From positions 1,728,001 to 1,792,000 of the forward strand of contig CAWCKH010000004.1 in the NCBI GenBank assembly GCA_963796055.1: 64,000 nt of DNA, written 5' to 3'. Under the pieces are notes generated by a model that saw only the letters and a program-made list of their open reading frames with translations, was not told where the DNA came from and did not search any database. Positions 1 to 10,015 of this stretch are shown one piece after another (the stretch's first letter is position 1; the number at the start of each line of letters is the position of its first letter). This DNA is from an uncultured delta proteobacterium. Lineage in GTDB: Bacteria; Myxococcota; Myxococcia; Myxococcales; Myxococcaceae. A program made the translations under genes and the position numbers.

Positions 1-2779
1 CAGAGGCGAGGGCCATCAACAGATGGCGGGTCTGAAAGTCGGCAGCGCGGATCGTGTCCACCATTGCGAGCCCGCGCGCAACAGCCCAGCAGAGATCGAT
101 GCGGAAAAGCTCTGACTCTTCGACGTCCTTCACGTCGACCTCGCGAAAATGAAGACCGCGAAGGCGCAGCAGCGCCCGCTTCCGGAGCATCGACAACAGC
201 GCTCGCCACGGGCTGGGTGCCATGGACATGCCCACCAGCTCGAGGAGCTCCCCCGTTACCCGGAGTCCGGAGTCGATGTGACCACTGACCAGGAACTGCT
301 CGGCCGCGCGGCGCTTGAACTCCGAGCGCTGCCCGGGGTCCTGCGCAGCAGCTCGCATATACGCCTCGGCTGCCTCGGCGCACCGCCCTGCGTTCGCGAG
401 CGCATCTCCCAGTCTTCCAGAGAGGGATGAGACCGTGCCCGTGGAGGCGCCGAGGCGTATCGCGCGCTGATAGAACTTTGCCGCACTTTCGAAGGCGAGA
501 GTCCGCTCCGCGGATTCGGCCGCCTGCAGGGCCAGCCGCGATGCTTCTTCCAACTCACCCGCAGCCTCCAGATGCTCCACCAAGCGTTCCGGGTCGATGT
601 TGCCAGCAGCGCGCAGGGCCTCGGCAACCGCGCGATGGCGGCTCCGCAGCAGCGCGGGCGACAGGCGCCTCACGGCTACCTCGCGGATTCGGTCGTGAAA
701 GGTCTCGAGCAGATCTTCCGCGGTTCCCAACACGCGCAACAGGTTCTCCGAGCGCAGGAGGGTGAGCAGAGTGTGATCCTCCACCGCCACCCCGGCGGCT
801 TGCCTGGCCAGCGCCGTGGGAAGCGGCCGGCCCGCCACAGCCACCACCTCGAGAAGTTCGAGGGCGCCCGGAGGAAGCTCCTCCAGACGCCGACTCAGGA
901 CTTCATCGAGTGAACCTCGGGCGCGGGACCCGGCCAGCACGTCCCGATGCCGGGCCAGCTCATAAATGAAGAACGGATTTCCGCCCGACTCGCGGGCGAT
1001 GAGCTGCGCCACCTCCTGCTGGTGGGGAGGTACCAGTGCCCGGGCGAGCGTGGTCGCTTCTTCCAGGGGCAGGGGGGTGACCTCGACGATGCCGACCGGC
1101 CCTCCGTCCGCGGGCTCGGGGAGCAAGCCCCGGTAGCCCTCCAGGCGCTTTCCATCGCTTCGGAACGTGATGACCAACAGCAGGGCTGGTGAATCCGGCG
1201 GCCGCGCGATCTCGCCGATCAGCGCGGCGCTGTCACGGTCCCCCCACTGAAAGTCGTCGATGTGGAGGACCAGCGGATGTCGGTCCGCCAGCCTCCCCAA
1301 GAGCTCCCGCAAGGCGGCGAAGCCCCGCCGCCGCAACTCCTGGACGTCAGGAACCTCGGCAGTACGGTGGGGAGCCCGAGCGATCCCCCTGACCCTCTCC
1401 AACACTGGAAAGACCCGGACCAAGGCAGCGTGGTGACGCGGCAGGAGGGCCTCGACCTCCTCGTCGCCGAGGGTGGCGAGATAGCGGCTCAACGCATCGA
1501 CGAGGTCATCGAGCCCTTTGTACGGGACTGACTCACGCTCGTAACAATGGCCTTCCAGCACCACACCACCGGCCTCCTCGACCTGGTCGAGAAAATGGCG
1601 AACCAGCGCCGACTTCCCCATTCCCGAGGCGCCCTGGACGTAAAGGGTGTTTGTCCGTCCTGCGGTCGCGGCGGCAAGCGCGTCTCGGAGAAGGCCGAGT
1701 TGCTCAGCCCGGCCGACGAGAAGCGGTCGGCTGGAGCGCGGTGACCCGGTTGGTGCGGCACGGCTGCCGAGGCAGCTCAGCACCATCGGGCCGGAGGGAC
1801 GCTGCTCCGGCCGGGGTTGGAGGAGCGCCACCGCCAGCGCGGAAAGTTCAGGCAGAGAGCGTCGCAGTTCCGCCGGGACCTGAACGGGAACGGTAAGCCG
1901 TGCCTTGATGAGTCCGGGCAGGTCGGAGCGGTCTGTGCGATGCGGAAATTGGCCGGTCAGTGCCTGGTAGAGCAGTACTCCGACGCTGTACCAGTCGCTC
2001 GCTTCGGAGAGACGGCCACCCTGAAGGTGCTCTGGGGACATGTACTCCGGCGTGCCGACGAGTTCCAATCCGCCCACGTCGCGGGGCCGGGGCGTCAGGC
2101 TGGTCACCAGGTCGAAGTCAAGCAGCACCACCCGGCCACCCTGGTCGACGAGCACGTTGGAACTCTTGATGTCACGGTGGAGCTTACCGAAGCCGTGCAG
2201 GGCGCTCAGAGCCTCGGCCAGCTGGCGGAGGGCATCATGCAGCCGCACGGCGTCGGGAGGGGAGGGTGCGACCGCCGGGGCGCCGCTGTCATCAAGCGGT
2301 GACGACACCGCGTGGCTTGGTCCGGCGAGGTCATGATCTGCGGGCAACGGCCCAACGACGCTCTCCAGCGCGGCTGTTTCGAGCTCGGGTAGATGGTAGC
2401 TCAACGTCGACGGCTCGCCGGTGCTGACCGTGCGCGGCGGAACCGTGCCGGTCAGCCTGCCCCGCGGGCGGACCCACTCGACGAAGTCGACGCCCGGAAC
2501 GTACTCCATGGTGAAGAACCACTGAGAACCCTCGGACAGCAGCTCGTGCAGGCTGACGACATTTGGATGGGCGAAGTTGGTCAACGACCGGAACTCTTGC
2601 TTCAAGCGGTACAGCGCGCCTGCGCCGAGCTCACGCATCGTCTTGAGGGCCACCACCTCGCGACGCTGCGCATCGAAGACCTCGTAGACCACACCGGTCC
2701 CCCCCTCGCCGATGCGACGCAGCACGCGGAAGCGGTCGCCACCCGGTACATTGAGCGGGCCCTGCTCAGATGGTTCCAC
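1..2779 (-). CDS. Ser/Thr protein kinase fused to AAA/STAND ATPase domain (3' end runs off the window)
   Basis: Hand translation from GTG 2779: IGEGGTGVVY, VALK, HRDIKSSNVLV, DFDLV, later Walker A GASGMGKS; same frame is open at 1621 and at base 1, which explains its absence from the ORF track. Confidence 0.88.
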   Translation of the reverse strand, partial: MEPSEQGPLNVPGGDRFRVLRRIGEGGTGVVYEVFDAQRREVVALKTMRELGAGALYRLKQEFRSLTNFAHPNVVSLHELLSEGSQWFFTMEYVPGVDFVEWVRPRGRLTGTVPPRTVSTGEPSTLSYHLPELETAALESVVGPLPADHDLAGPSHAVSSPLDDSGAPAVAPSPPDAVRLHDALRQLAEALSALHGFGKLHRDIKSSNVLVDQGGRVVLLDFDLVTSLTPRPRDVGGLELVGTPEYMSPEHLQGGRLSEASDWYSVGVLLYQALTGQFPHRTDRSDLPGLIKARLTVPVQVPAELRRSLPELSALAVALLQPRPEQRPSGPMVLSCLGSRAAPTGSPRSSRPLLVGRAEQLGLLRDALAAATAGRTNTLYVQGASGMGKSALVRHFLDQVEEAGGVVLEGHCYERESVPYKGLDDLVDALSRYLATLGDEEVEALLPRHHAALVRVFPVLERVRGIARAPHRTAEVPDVQELRRRGFAALRELLGRLADRHPLVLHIDDFQWGDRDSAALIGEIARPPDSPALLLVITFRSDGKRLEGYRGLLPEPADGGPVGIVEVTPLPLEEATTLARALVPPHQQEVAQLIARESGGNPFFIYELARHRDVLAGSRARGSLDEVLSRRLEELPPGALELLEVVAVAGRPLPTALARQAAGVAVEDHTLLTLLRSENLLRVLGTAEDLLETFHDRIREVAVRRLSPALLRSRHRAVAEALRAAGNIDPERLVEHLEAAGELEEASRLALQAAESAERTLAFESAAKFYQRAIRLGASTGTVSSLSGRLGDALANAGRCAEAAEAYMRAAAQDPGQRSEFKRRAAEQFLVSGHIDSGLRVTGELLELVGMSMAPSPWRALLSMLRKRALLRLRGLHFREVDVKDVEESELFRIDLCWAVARGLAMVDTIRAADFQTRHLLMALAS

Positions 2780-3125
2780 CGGGGCCGTCCCCCATTCGAT
2801 TCGACCGAGCTGCTTTCGGCGCCTTGGGGCGCTCGAGCTTATTGCCTCCACTCGCCGATAGCCAATTGAGCGTGCCCGTTCCGGGTAGCTCGAGCGCGGA
2901 GTGCTGCCAGATTCAGGAGAACGACGTCCTGGGCCTCGAGCGGATCTTCCACGCAAGTGGCTGGAGAGCCGATTCGATTCCCGGGAGGTGCCCACGCCGC
3001 GGCGTGTGCGCCCTTTCTCGGTGGGTGACCGCCAGTCCCAGGTTCGCGACGAGAGCCGGCTGTTCTCGCCCCCGGAGTCGCTAGCTGTATCGAGACTTCG
3101 CCAAACGACGATGTATCTTGGGTGC

Positions 3126-4064
3126 ATGAGCTTCGACTCCCGGCCGCGGATTGTCGCCACCGAGGCGGCCATCCGGCCTCAGATCCGGCGCACCCCGGTG
3201 GTGGAGATCTCCGGCGGGGAGCTCGGAGTGGACGGCCAGATGGTCACCCTCAAGCTGGAGCTGCTCCAGCATTCTGGCTCCTTCAAGGCCCGGGGCGCCT
3301 TTGCCAACCTCGCCCTGCGCAAGGTCCCTCCGGTGGGAGTGGTGGCTGCCTCGGGCGGCAACCACGGGGTGGCGGTGGCCTTCGCCGCGAGGAGCCGAGG
3401 GGTGCCGGCGAAGATCTTTGTCCCCGCCATCTGCTCCCCGGCGAAGATCGACCGCATCCGCGCCTACGGCGCCGAGCTGGTGGTCGGCGGCGAGTCGTAC
3501 GCCGAGGCGCTGGCCGCGAGCGAGGCCTGGGTGGAGAGGAGCGAGGCGATGCCGATCCACGCCTTCGACCAGGAAGAGACCATCCTCGGACAGGGCACCC
3601 TCGGCCTCGAGCTCGAGGCCCAGGCGCCCGGACTGGACACCGTGCTGGTGGGAGTCGGCGGAGGCGGTCTCCTCTCCGGGGTCGCATCCTGGTACGGACG
3701 GCGCGTCCGGCTGATCGGAGTCGAGCCCGAGGGCGCCCCCACGCTCACCCGCGCACTGGAGGCGGGCCGGCCGGTGGATGCCCCGGTGGGGAGCATCGCC
3801 GTCGACTCCCTCGCCCCGCGCCGCGTCGGCGAGCGGAACCTCCCGATCCTCCGTGACACCGTGACCGAGGTGGTGCTGGTGAGCGACGCGGAGATCCGCG
3901 CGGCGCAGCGGAAGCTCTGGGAGCTGCTCCGCATCGTCGCCGAGCCGGGCGGCGCGGCGGCCTTCTCCGCGCTCCTCTCGGGCAAGGTGCGGGCCCGACC
4001 CGGCGAGCGGATCGGCGTCGTGGTCAGCGGCGGGAACACCACCGCGGTCGATTTCGAACGGTGA
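3126..4064 (+). CDS. PLP-dependent threonine/serine dehydratase family protein
   Basis: KLELLQHSGSFKARGA PLP-lysine motif, ASGGNHG, GVGGGGL, VVSGGN. Confidence 0.9.
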   Translation: MSFDSRPRIVATEAAIRPQIRRTPVVEISGGELGVDGQMVTLKLELLQHSGSFKARGAFANLALRKVPPVGVVAASGGNHGVAVAFAARSRGVPAKIFVPAICSPAKIDRIRAYGAELVVGGESYAEALAASEAWVERSEAMPIHAFDQEETILGQGTLGLELEAQAPGLDTVLVGVGGGGLLSGVASWYGRRVRLIGVEPEGAPTLTRALEAGRPVDAPVGSIAVDSLAPRRVGERNLPILRDTVTEVVLVSDAEIRAAQRKLWELLRIVAEPGGAAAFSALLSGKVRARPGERIGVVVSGGNTTAVDFER

Positions 4065-4080
4065 GCGAGGAGACTCGACG

Positions 4081-4461
4081 ATGCGAGAGGCGATTCACGC
4101 GGACCGGCCCACGGGCCTGCCGTTCTCCGCAGGGGTGCGCGGCCCAGGAGTCCTCTATCTCAGCGGCCAGGTGGGGCTGGATCCGGCCACCGGTCGCCTC
4201 ATCTCGGGGGACGTGGCTGCGCAGACCGCCAGGACGCTGGACAACATCCGTGCCCTCCTCGAATCCGTCGGCTCCTCGCTCGACGAGGTGCTCCGCGTCG
4301 GCGTGTACCTCACCAGCATGGAGTCGTTCGCGGCGATGAACGAGGTCTACGCCCGGTACTTCCGGCAGCCCTTCCCGGCACGCACCACCGTCGCCGTCCG
4401 CGAGCTGCCCATGGGCGCGGCGGTGGAGATCGAGATGACGGTGGCGGATCGCCGGGCGTGA
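4081..4461 (+). CDS. RidA/YjgF family enamine/imine deaminase
   Basis: LYLSGQVG, MNEVYARYF, PARTTVAV, VEIE motifs. Confidence 0.92.
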   Translation: MREAIHADRPTGLPFSAGVRGPGVLYLSGQVGLDPATGRLISGDVAAQTARTLDNIRALLESVGSSLDEVLRVGVYLTSMESFAAMNEVYARYFRQPFPARTTVAVRELPMGAAVEIEMTVADRRA

Positions 4462-4808
4462 GGGTGCCGGCGCGGCGAAGGGTGGCGAAGACGGTCGAGG
4501 ACCTCGGTTCCGGGCTTCTCGATGCCCTCCGGGCACTGGACAACGATCGCCGCCTGCAGATCCTCCGCTGGCTCCGGGAACCGACGCGGCACTTCCGGCC
4601 ACAGGTTGACGGCGACCTGGAGGAGGACGGCGTCTGCGGCCTCCTCATCGCGGAGAAGCTGGGCCTGGGTCAGCCGACCGTCAGCGAGCACATGCGCCTG
4701 CTGGTCCGAGCCGGGCTGGTCCGGGCGAAGCGGATCAAGCAATGGACCTTCTATCGCCGGGACGACCGGCGACTGGAGGAGGTCCTGCGCGCACTGCGCG
4801 CGCTGTGA
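4458..4808 (+). CDS. ArsR/SmtB family transcriptional regulator
   Basis: RRLQILRWL...LGQPTVSEHMRLLVRAGLV...WTFY winged HTH; overlaps ridA stop. Confidence 0.85.
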   Translation: MRVPARRRVAKTVEDLGSGLLDALRALDNDRRLQILRWLREPTRHFRPQVDGDLEEDGVCGLLIAEKLGLGQPTVSEHMRLLVRAGLVRAKRIKQWTFYRRDDRRLEEVLRALRAL

Positions 4809-4985
4809 GGCGCTGAAGTCATCGCAACGTCTCGAGTTTCCCGCGCCGGCCCCGGGGGTGTCCGGAACAGGCGCGCCCGGACGTCTCTCCGGGCACCATG
4901 AGAGCCGAGGTGCAAGCAGCCCGACCAGGCGCCCGGCCGACCGCGCTTCCGGCGCGGACACCACTCGTGGCAAGGAGCCAGAGAG

Positions 4986-5507
4986 ATGCGACAGCTTGCT
5001 GACCCACTGCCCGCCGCCCCACGCGCGACCATCGACTCGGCGACCGGCACCGTGACCGCCACCGTGGAGGTCGCCTGCCCGCCGGAGCGGGTGTACCGGA
5101 TGCTGGTCACCGCCGAGGCCGAACGCTGGTGGGGCGCGCCCGAGGTCTACCGGATGGAGGAGTGGAGCGCGGATCTCCGCGTCGGCGGCACCTGGCGGGT
5201 GATGGTCTGCATGGCCGGGGGCCCACGGTTTCCCGCCAGCGGGGAGTTCCTCGAGTTCGACCCGCCCGGACGCATCGTCCAGACCCGGCGGTACCACTCT
5301 GACCATCCCACGCTGGGGCGCCGGGACACGGTCGTCACCTACGCGCTCGCCCCACGAGGGACCGGAACGCACCTGACGGTCGTGCACCAGGGTTTCCGCA
5401 GGCTGGACCAGGCTGCGTCCGAGCACGCCGCCGGCTGGGAGCGGATGCTCGGCTGGCTCCAGGCGTACAGCCAGCTGGTCCGCGACGAGGAGGGGGGCTG
5501 GCGATGA
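4986..5507 (+). CDS. SRPBCC/AHSA1 family protein
   Basis: PPERVY, DLRVGGTWR, GEFLEFDPPGRIV, GWERML. Confidence 0.85.
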   Translation: MRQLADPLPAAPRATIDSATGTVTATVEVACPPERVYRMLVTAEAERWWGAPEVYRMEEWSADLRVGGTWRVMVCMAGGPRFPASGEFLEFDPPGRIVQTRRYHSDHPTLGRRDTVVTYALAPRGTGTHLTVVHQGFRRLDQAASEHAAGWERMLGWLQAYSQLVRDEEGGWR

Positions 5508-5851
5508 GCGACTTTCTCTTGCTGTACCGCCTGCCTTCCGATTCGCCGGACATGCCCGGCTCGCCCCAGCGGATGCAGGAGCGCATGGAGCGGTGGAGAG
5601 CCTGGTTCGGCGAGCTCGAGGCGAAGGGGCAACTCAAGACCCTGGGTCACCCCCTGGAGATGGGCGGCGCGGTGGTGAAGGACGGCGGCGGCACGGTGTA
5701 CGACGGCCCGTACGCGGAGTCGAAGGACATCCTGGTCGGCTACAGCGTCGTGCAGACCTTGGATCTGGCCGAGGCGCGCGCCGTCGCCTCCAGGTGTCCG
5801 GTCCTCGCCTATGGAGGGATGGTCGAGGTACGGCCCATCCGGCAGATGTGA
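5504..5851 (+). CDS. YciI/DGPF family protein
   Basis: DGPYAESKDILVGY, VEVRPI. Confidence 0.9.
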   Translation: MSDFLLLYRLPSDSPDMPGSPQRMQERMERWRAWFGELEAKGQLKTLGHPLEMGGAVVKDGGGTVYDGPYAESKDILVGYSVVQTLDLAEARAVASRCPVLAYGGMVEVRPIRQM

Positions 5852-7179
5852 GCGCCGCGCCGCCCGACGAGCATTTCTTCCGCCGCGAGTCGGGCCGGCT
5901 CGTGGCGACGCTGACCCGCGTGGTCGGCGTCCAGCACCTCGCCCTGGTCGAGGACGCGGTGCAGGAGACGCTCGCCTCGGCGGTGGAGGTCTGGGCCTTC
6001 CGGGGCCTGCCGGACAACGCCTCCGCCTGGCTGATGACCGCGGCCCGGAACCGCGCGATCAGCCTGCTCCGCCGGGAGCGCACCGCACGGCGGTTCGCCC
6101 CGGAGATTGGCCGTCTCGCGGACGAGGAGGTGTCCTCTCCCGAGCCGCAGGGACGTCTTCCCGCGGCGCTGGCCGACGACGAGCTGCGGATGATGTTTTC
6201 ATGCTGTCACCCCGACATCTCCGAGGACGCGCAGATCGCGCTGGTGCTCTCGCTGCTCTGCGGCTTCTCGGCGGGGGAGGTCGCCGGGGCGTTCCTGGTC
6301 TCGCGGGCCGCGATGGAGAAGCGGCTGACCCGGGCGAAGAAGGTGCTGGCGGGCTCCTCGGGCCTCTTCGAGCTCGGGGCGCGCGACTTCGATGCGCGGC
6401 TCGCCGCCGTTCTCCGGGCGCTCTATCTGCTGTTCAGCGAGGGCTACCACGGTGCCTGTCCGGACGCGGTGGTGCGTCTCGACCTCTGCCGGGAGGCGAT
6501 GCGGCTCGTCGCCCTGCTGGTGGACCATACCCCCGCGGCGACGCCGGCGACGCATGCGCTCGCGGCGCTGATGTGCCTGCACGCGGCGCGGCTCCCCGCC
6601 CGGGTGGACGACGCCGGCCTCCTCACCGAGCTCGCCCGGCAGGACCGGAGCCGGTGGGATGCACGTCTGATCGCCCGTGGCCTCGAGCTGCTCGAGGACT
6701 CCGCGCGAGGAGAGGTGGTCTCCGAGTACCACCTGGAGGCGGCCATCGCCGCGACCCACGCCCTGGCCCCCAGCGCAGAGAAGACGGCGTGGAAGGACAT
6801 CGTCGACCTCTACGACGCGCTGTTGCGGATCCGGCCCTCTCCGGTGGTCGCGCTCAACCGGGCGGTGGCGCTTGCCGAGGCCGAGGGTCCGGAGCGGGGC
6901 CTGGAGGCCTTGCGGGCGATCCAGGGAGTGGAGCGACTGGCGGAGTACCCGTTCTATCCCGCCGCGCTCGGCACGCTCGAGCTCCGCCGTGGAGACTCCG
7001 CTGCTGCCATCCGGCACTTCCGCGCGGCACTGCGCAGCGCCCGGAACGAGGGTGAGCGGAGGTTCCTCGAGCGGCGTCTGCGGGACTGTGGCGCGGAGGC
7101 TAGCCCTCGGACGGCAGAGGCGGCTTCCGGGCGTTCGCCGCGCCGGCGCGGGGTCCGCCGCCCCACCGCTGCGAAGTGA
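5848..7179 (+). CDS. ECF sigma factor with C-terminal TPR-like extension (ECF42-like)
   Basis: EDAVQE, AWLMTAARNRAI, LRMMFSCCHP, LYLLFSEGY, QDRSRWD, SPVVALNRAVA; GTG overlaps yciI stop. Confidence 0.88.
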   Translation: MSAAPPDEHFFRRESGRLVATLTRVVGVQHLALVEDAVQETLASAVEVWAFRGLPDNASAWLMTAARNRAISLLRRERTARRFAPEIGRLADEEVSSPEPQGRLPAALADDELRMMFSCCHPDISEDAQIALVLSLLCGFSAGEVAGAFLVSRAAMEKRLTRAKKVLAGSSGLFELGARDFDARLAAVLRALYLLFSEGYHGACPDAVVRLDLCREAMRLVALLVDHTPAATPATHALAALMCLHAARLPARVDDAGLLTELARQDRSRWDARLIARGLELLEDSARGEVVSEYHLEAAIAATHALAPSAEKTAWKDIVDLYDALLRIRPSPVVALNRAVALAEAEGPERGLEALRAIQGVERLAEYPFYPAALGTLELRRGDSAAAIRHFRAALRSARNEGERRFLERRLRDCGAEASPRTAEAASGRSPRRRGVRRPTAAK

Positions 7180-7906
7180 GTAGCACGCAGGCCACCATGA
7201 AGGCGGCCAGGACCGCCGAGGAGGAGAAGCGCCCCAGCCCCAGCCCTCCCGTCGACGGGGGCTTGGTGAGGAAGTCCCCCAGCGTCGCGCCCAGGGGCCG
7301 GGTGAGGACGAAGGCCGCCCAGAAGAGGAGGCTGCGCGAGACGGTGGTGAACCGGTACAGGAGCGCCACCACCACCAGAGCAGCGGCGAAGACCAGCGCC
7401 CCTCCGCGATAGCCGAGGCCGGAGCTGTCGGCGAGGAAGTCTCCCAGCGCGGTGCCCAGCGTGTTCGAGACCAGGATGGTGGCCCAGTAGAAGATCTCGA
7501 CCCTTGGGCTCTGGATGGAGTCGACCGACACGTCGCCCTCGGTGCGCCACCAGGCCAGCAGCACCAGGACCACCAGGGCGAAGAGCAACAGTGACCCTCC
7601 CACGTAGCCGATGCCCAGCGAGCGGTCGGCGAAGTCGGCCATCGTCGTCCCCGCGGTGGTGGTGGCGACGATCACTGTCCAGTAGAGGAAGGGGTGGAAG
7701 CGGCGGGCGCGGACCTGCGCCCAGACCGCGACCGCGAAGAGCCCGAGGAAGAGCGCGGTACTGACCGCGTACCCGAGGCGCAAGGTCATCGACAGCGCAT
7801 CGCCGGCGGTCTCGCCGAGCGTCGTCGCGGCGATCTTCACCACCCAGAAGCTGAGGGTGACGTGGGGGACCTTGCTTCCGTGCGCCGGTCCACGTTCGGA
7901 GCGCAT
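7100..7906 (-). CDS. COG4705 family membrane protein
   Basis: KVPHVTLSFWVVKIAATTLGETAGD, FWAAFVLTRPLGATLGD. Confidence 0.85.
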   Translation of the reverse strand: MRSERGPAHGSKVPHVTLSFWVVKIAATTLGETAGDALSMTLRLGYAVSTALFLGLFAVAVWAQVRARRFHPFLYWTVIVATTTAGTTMADFADRSLGIGYVGGSLLLFALVVLVLLAWWRTEGDVSVDSIQSPRVEIFYWATILVSNTLGTALGDFLADSSGLGYRGGALVFAAALVVVALLYRFTTVSRSLLFWAAFVLTRPLGATLGDFLTKPPSTGGLGLGRFSSSAVLAAFMVACVLLTSQRWGGGPRAGAANARKPPLPSEG

Positions 7907-8150
7907 CCGGGCCAGTTAGCGCGAAGAAGGCCACCGTTCCGGCCCGGTCACTGCCCGCCGGGAAGCTCTGTTGAGGGATCAACGACCGGGCGGCCATCCG
8001 CCGAGCGCATGTCACGCGACCTTCTTCGTCTCCGCACTCGCCGCTGCGGACGACCAGCCGGCTCGCGGCCTTCGGTGCCACCGGGCTTGGTGCGCCTCGC
8101 ACAGGCCTCTCCGCGTCGGCCGCCGCCCGTGCTACACCGCCTCGGGCGCC

Positions 8151-9104
8151 ATGGCCGCCGTCGTCCACGACCCCGCGGTCGCCGAGCGGGAGAAGAACCT
8201 GGTCGCGCTCAGCTCGGTCGGCGCGGCGGTGCTCCTCACCACCATGAAGATCGTGGTGGGCCTGGCCACCGGCTCCATCGGCATCCTCTCCGAGGCGGCG
8301 CACTCGGGCATCGACCTGGTCGCCGCGCTGATGACCTTCTGGGCGGTGCGAGCCTCCTCCAAGCCGCCCGACAGCGACCACCTCTACGGCCACGGAAAGA
8401 TCGAGAACTTCTCCGCGCTCTTCGAGACCGGCCTCCTGCTGGCCACCTGCGTGTGGATCTCCTACGAGGCCGGCAAGCGCCTCGTCTTCGGTGGGGGCCA
8501 TGTCGAGGCCACGGTGTGGTCCTTCGTCATCATGGGGGTGTCGATCCTCATCGACGTGTCGCGCTCCCGCGCGCTTGCCGCCACGGCGAAGAAGCATCGC
8601 AGCCAGGCGCTGGAAGCGGACGCGCTGCACTTCTCGACCGACGTCTGGTCCTCGGCGGTGGTGATCGTCGGCCTCGCCGGGGTGTGGCTCTCACACCGGA
8701 GTGGCCTCGAGTGGCTGGCCAAGGCCGACTCGTTCGCCGCCCTCGGGGTCGCCTTCATCGCCGCCCTGGTCAGTGTCCGGCTGGGCCGGAAGTCGGTGGA
8801 CGATCTGCTCGACGCGGCGCCCACCGGGCTGCTGGAGCAGATCGCTCGGGCCGCCGCTGGCGTGGACGAGGTGATGGCCGTCACGCAGGTACGGGTCCGC
8901 CGCTCAGGCCCCAGGACCTTCGCCGACGTCATCCTCCAGGTGGCCCGTGGCCTACCGGTCGAGCGGGCCCACGAGATCGCCCATGCCGCCGAGGACGCCA
9001 TCTGCGGCGCGGTGGCCGACGTGGACGTGATGGTCCACACCGAGCCTGCCGACGGCGACATCTCCGCCGCGGGTGGAGGGAGGCCGGCCCCTGCCCGGGC
9101 GTGA
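8151..9104 (+). CDS. Cation diffusion facilitator (FieF-like) transporter
   Basis: SEAAHSGID, DHLYGHGKIE, ADALHFSTD, VHTEP. Confidence 0.9.
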   Translation: MAAVVHDPAVAEREKNLVALSSVGAAVLLTTMKIVVGLATGSIGILSEAAHSGIDLVAALMTFWAVRASSKPPDSDHLYGHGKIENFSALFETGLLLATCVWISYEAGKRLVFGGGHVEATVWSFVIMGVSILIDVSRSRALAATAKKHRSQALEADALHFSTDVWSSAVVIVGLAGVWLSHRSGLEWLAKADSFAALGVAFIAALVSVRLGRKSVDDLLDAAPTGLLEQIARAAAGVDEVMAVTQVRVRRSGPRTFADVILQVARGLPVERAHEIAHAAEDAICGAVADVDVMVHTEPADGDISAAGGGRPAPARA

Positions 9105-9121
9105 CCCGACGCGCTCGGCTA

Positions 9122-10015
9122 TCAGGTGCTGGGGTTCAGCACCGAGGTGAGACTCAGGTCCAGCTTCGGTCCGAGCTGCTCCAGCAGGCTGTCCAGCTCG
9201 GGGGCTGGGAGATCGAGCGCCCGCGCCAGCTGCCCCCGGGTGCGCTCGAGCAGCATCTCCCGAGCCTTCGCCATTCGCCGGCTGATGGTGGACTTGTTCA
9301 CTCCGTACATCGCGGCGATCTGATTGAGGCTCATGGCCTCCAGGAAGTGCATCCGGAGCACGTTCCGCTCGCCCGCCTCGAGCGAGCCGAACGCCTCGCG
9401 GAGCGCCCGCCCGAACTCGGCGGCGTACTTGCCCCGGAGGAGCTCCAGGGTGCGCTCGGCGGTGGGCGCGGCGGGCTCCCAGAGCGATGCCTCGGGCAGA
9501 GGCTCTGGCCCGCGCCTCGCGTCGCGCCGCGCATTGAGCGCCAGACGGAGCGCCCCCGCCCGGAGCCAGTTCTCCAGCGAGCCACGCCCGGCGTAGTCGA
9601 GGATGCGCGCCGGCCGTCCTTCCTCGGGGACCAGCACCCGTGTTCGGAGCCGCTGGAGGATCTCGTCGACGAACGCAGGCGCGCCGTCGACGCTCCGCAC
9701 CGCTCCGGCCACCGAGGAGAGCAGCGTCCCGAACGCCCGCAGCGCGCCGGGGGCTCCCTCGGCGCAGGCGAAGGCGAGGTAGAGGTCCGAGAGATGGAGC
9801 TGGTCGATGGCGGTCCCCACGTCGCCGGACCGGCCGAGCTGTGCGGCCCAGTGCGCTACGAACCGCCGGCGATCCACCGAGACGCCCGGCCAGCGCTCCT
9901 GGGCGGTGGCGAGCTGCCCGGCGAGGCGCGTCTCCAGCTGGTCACGGTTTGCCGCACCGCGGTGGGCCCCCGGCAGGACATCCCAGAACACGTCGGCGTG
10001 GGAGAAGGCAGTCAC
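9122..10015 (-). CDS. Myxococcales-type ECF sigma-70 factor
   Basis: DLYLAFACAEG, YAGRGSLENWLRA, region 4 ERNVLRMHFLEAMSLNQIAAMYGVNKSTISRRM; GTG start overlaps the kinase stop (start estimated). Confidence 0.82.
   Translation of the reverse strand: MTAFSHADVFWDVLPGAHRGAANRDQLETRLAGQLATAQERWPGVSVDRRRFVAHWAAQLGRSGDVGTAIDQLHLSDLYLAFACAEGAPGALRAFGTLLSSVAGAVRSVDGAPAFVDEILQRLRTRVLVPEEGRPARILDYAGRGSLENWLRAGALRLALNARRDARRGPEPLPEASLWEPAAPTAERTLELLRGKYAAEFGRALREAFGSLEAGERNVLRMHFLEAMSLNQIAAMYGVNKSTISRRMAKAREMLLERTRGQLARALDLPAPELDSLLEQLGPKLDLSLTSVLNPST

Noticed and set aside
3126..7179. Dehydratase-RidA-ArsR and SRPBCC-YciI-ECF clusters as novel systems
   Set aside because: Both are well-known gene associations
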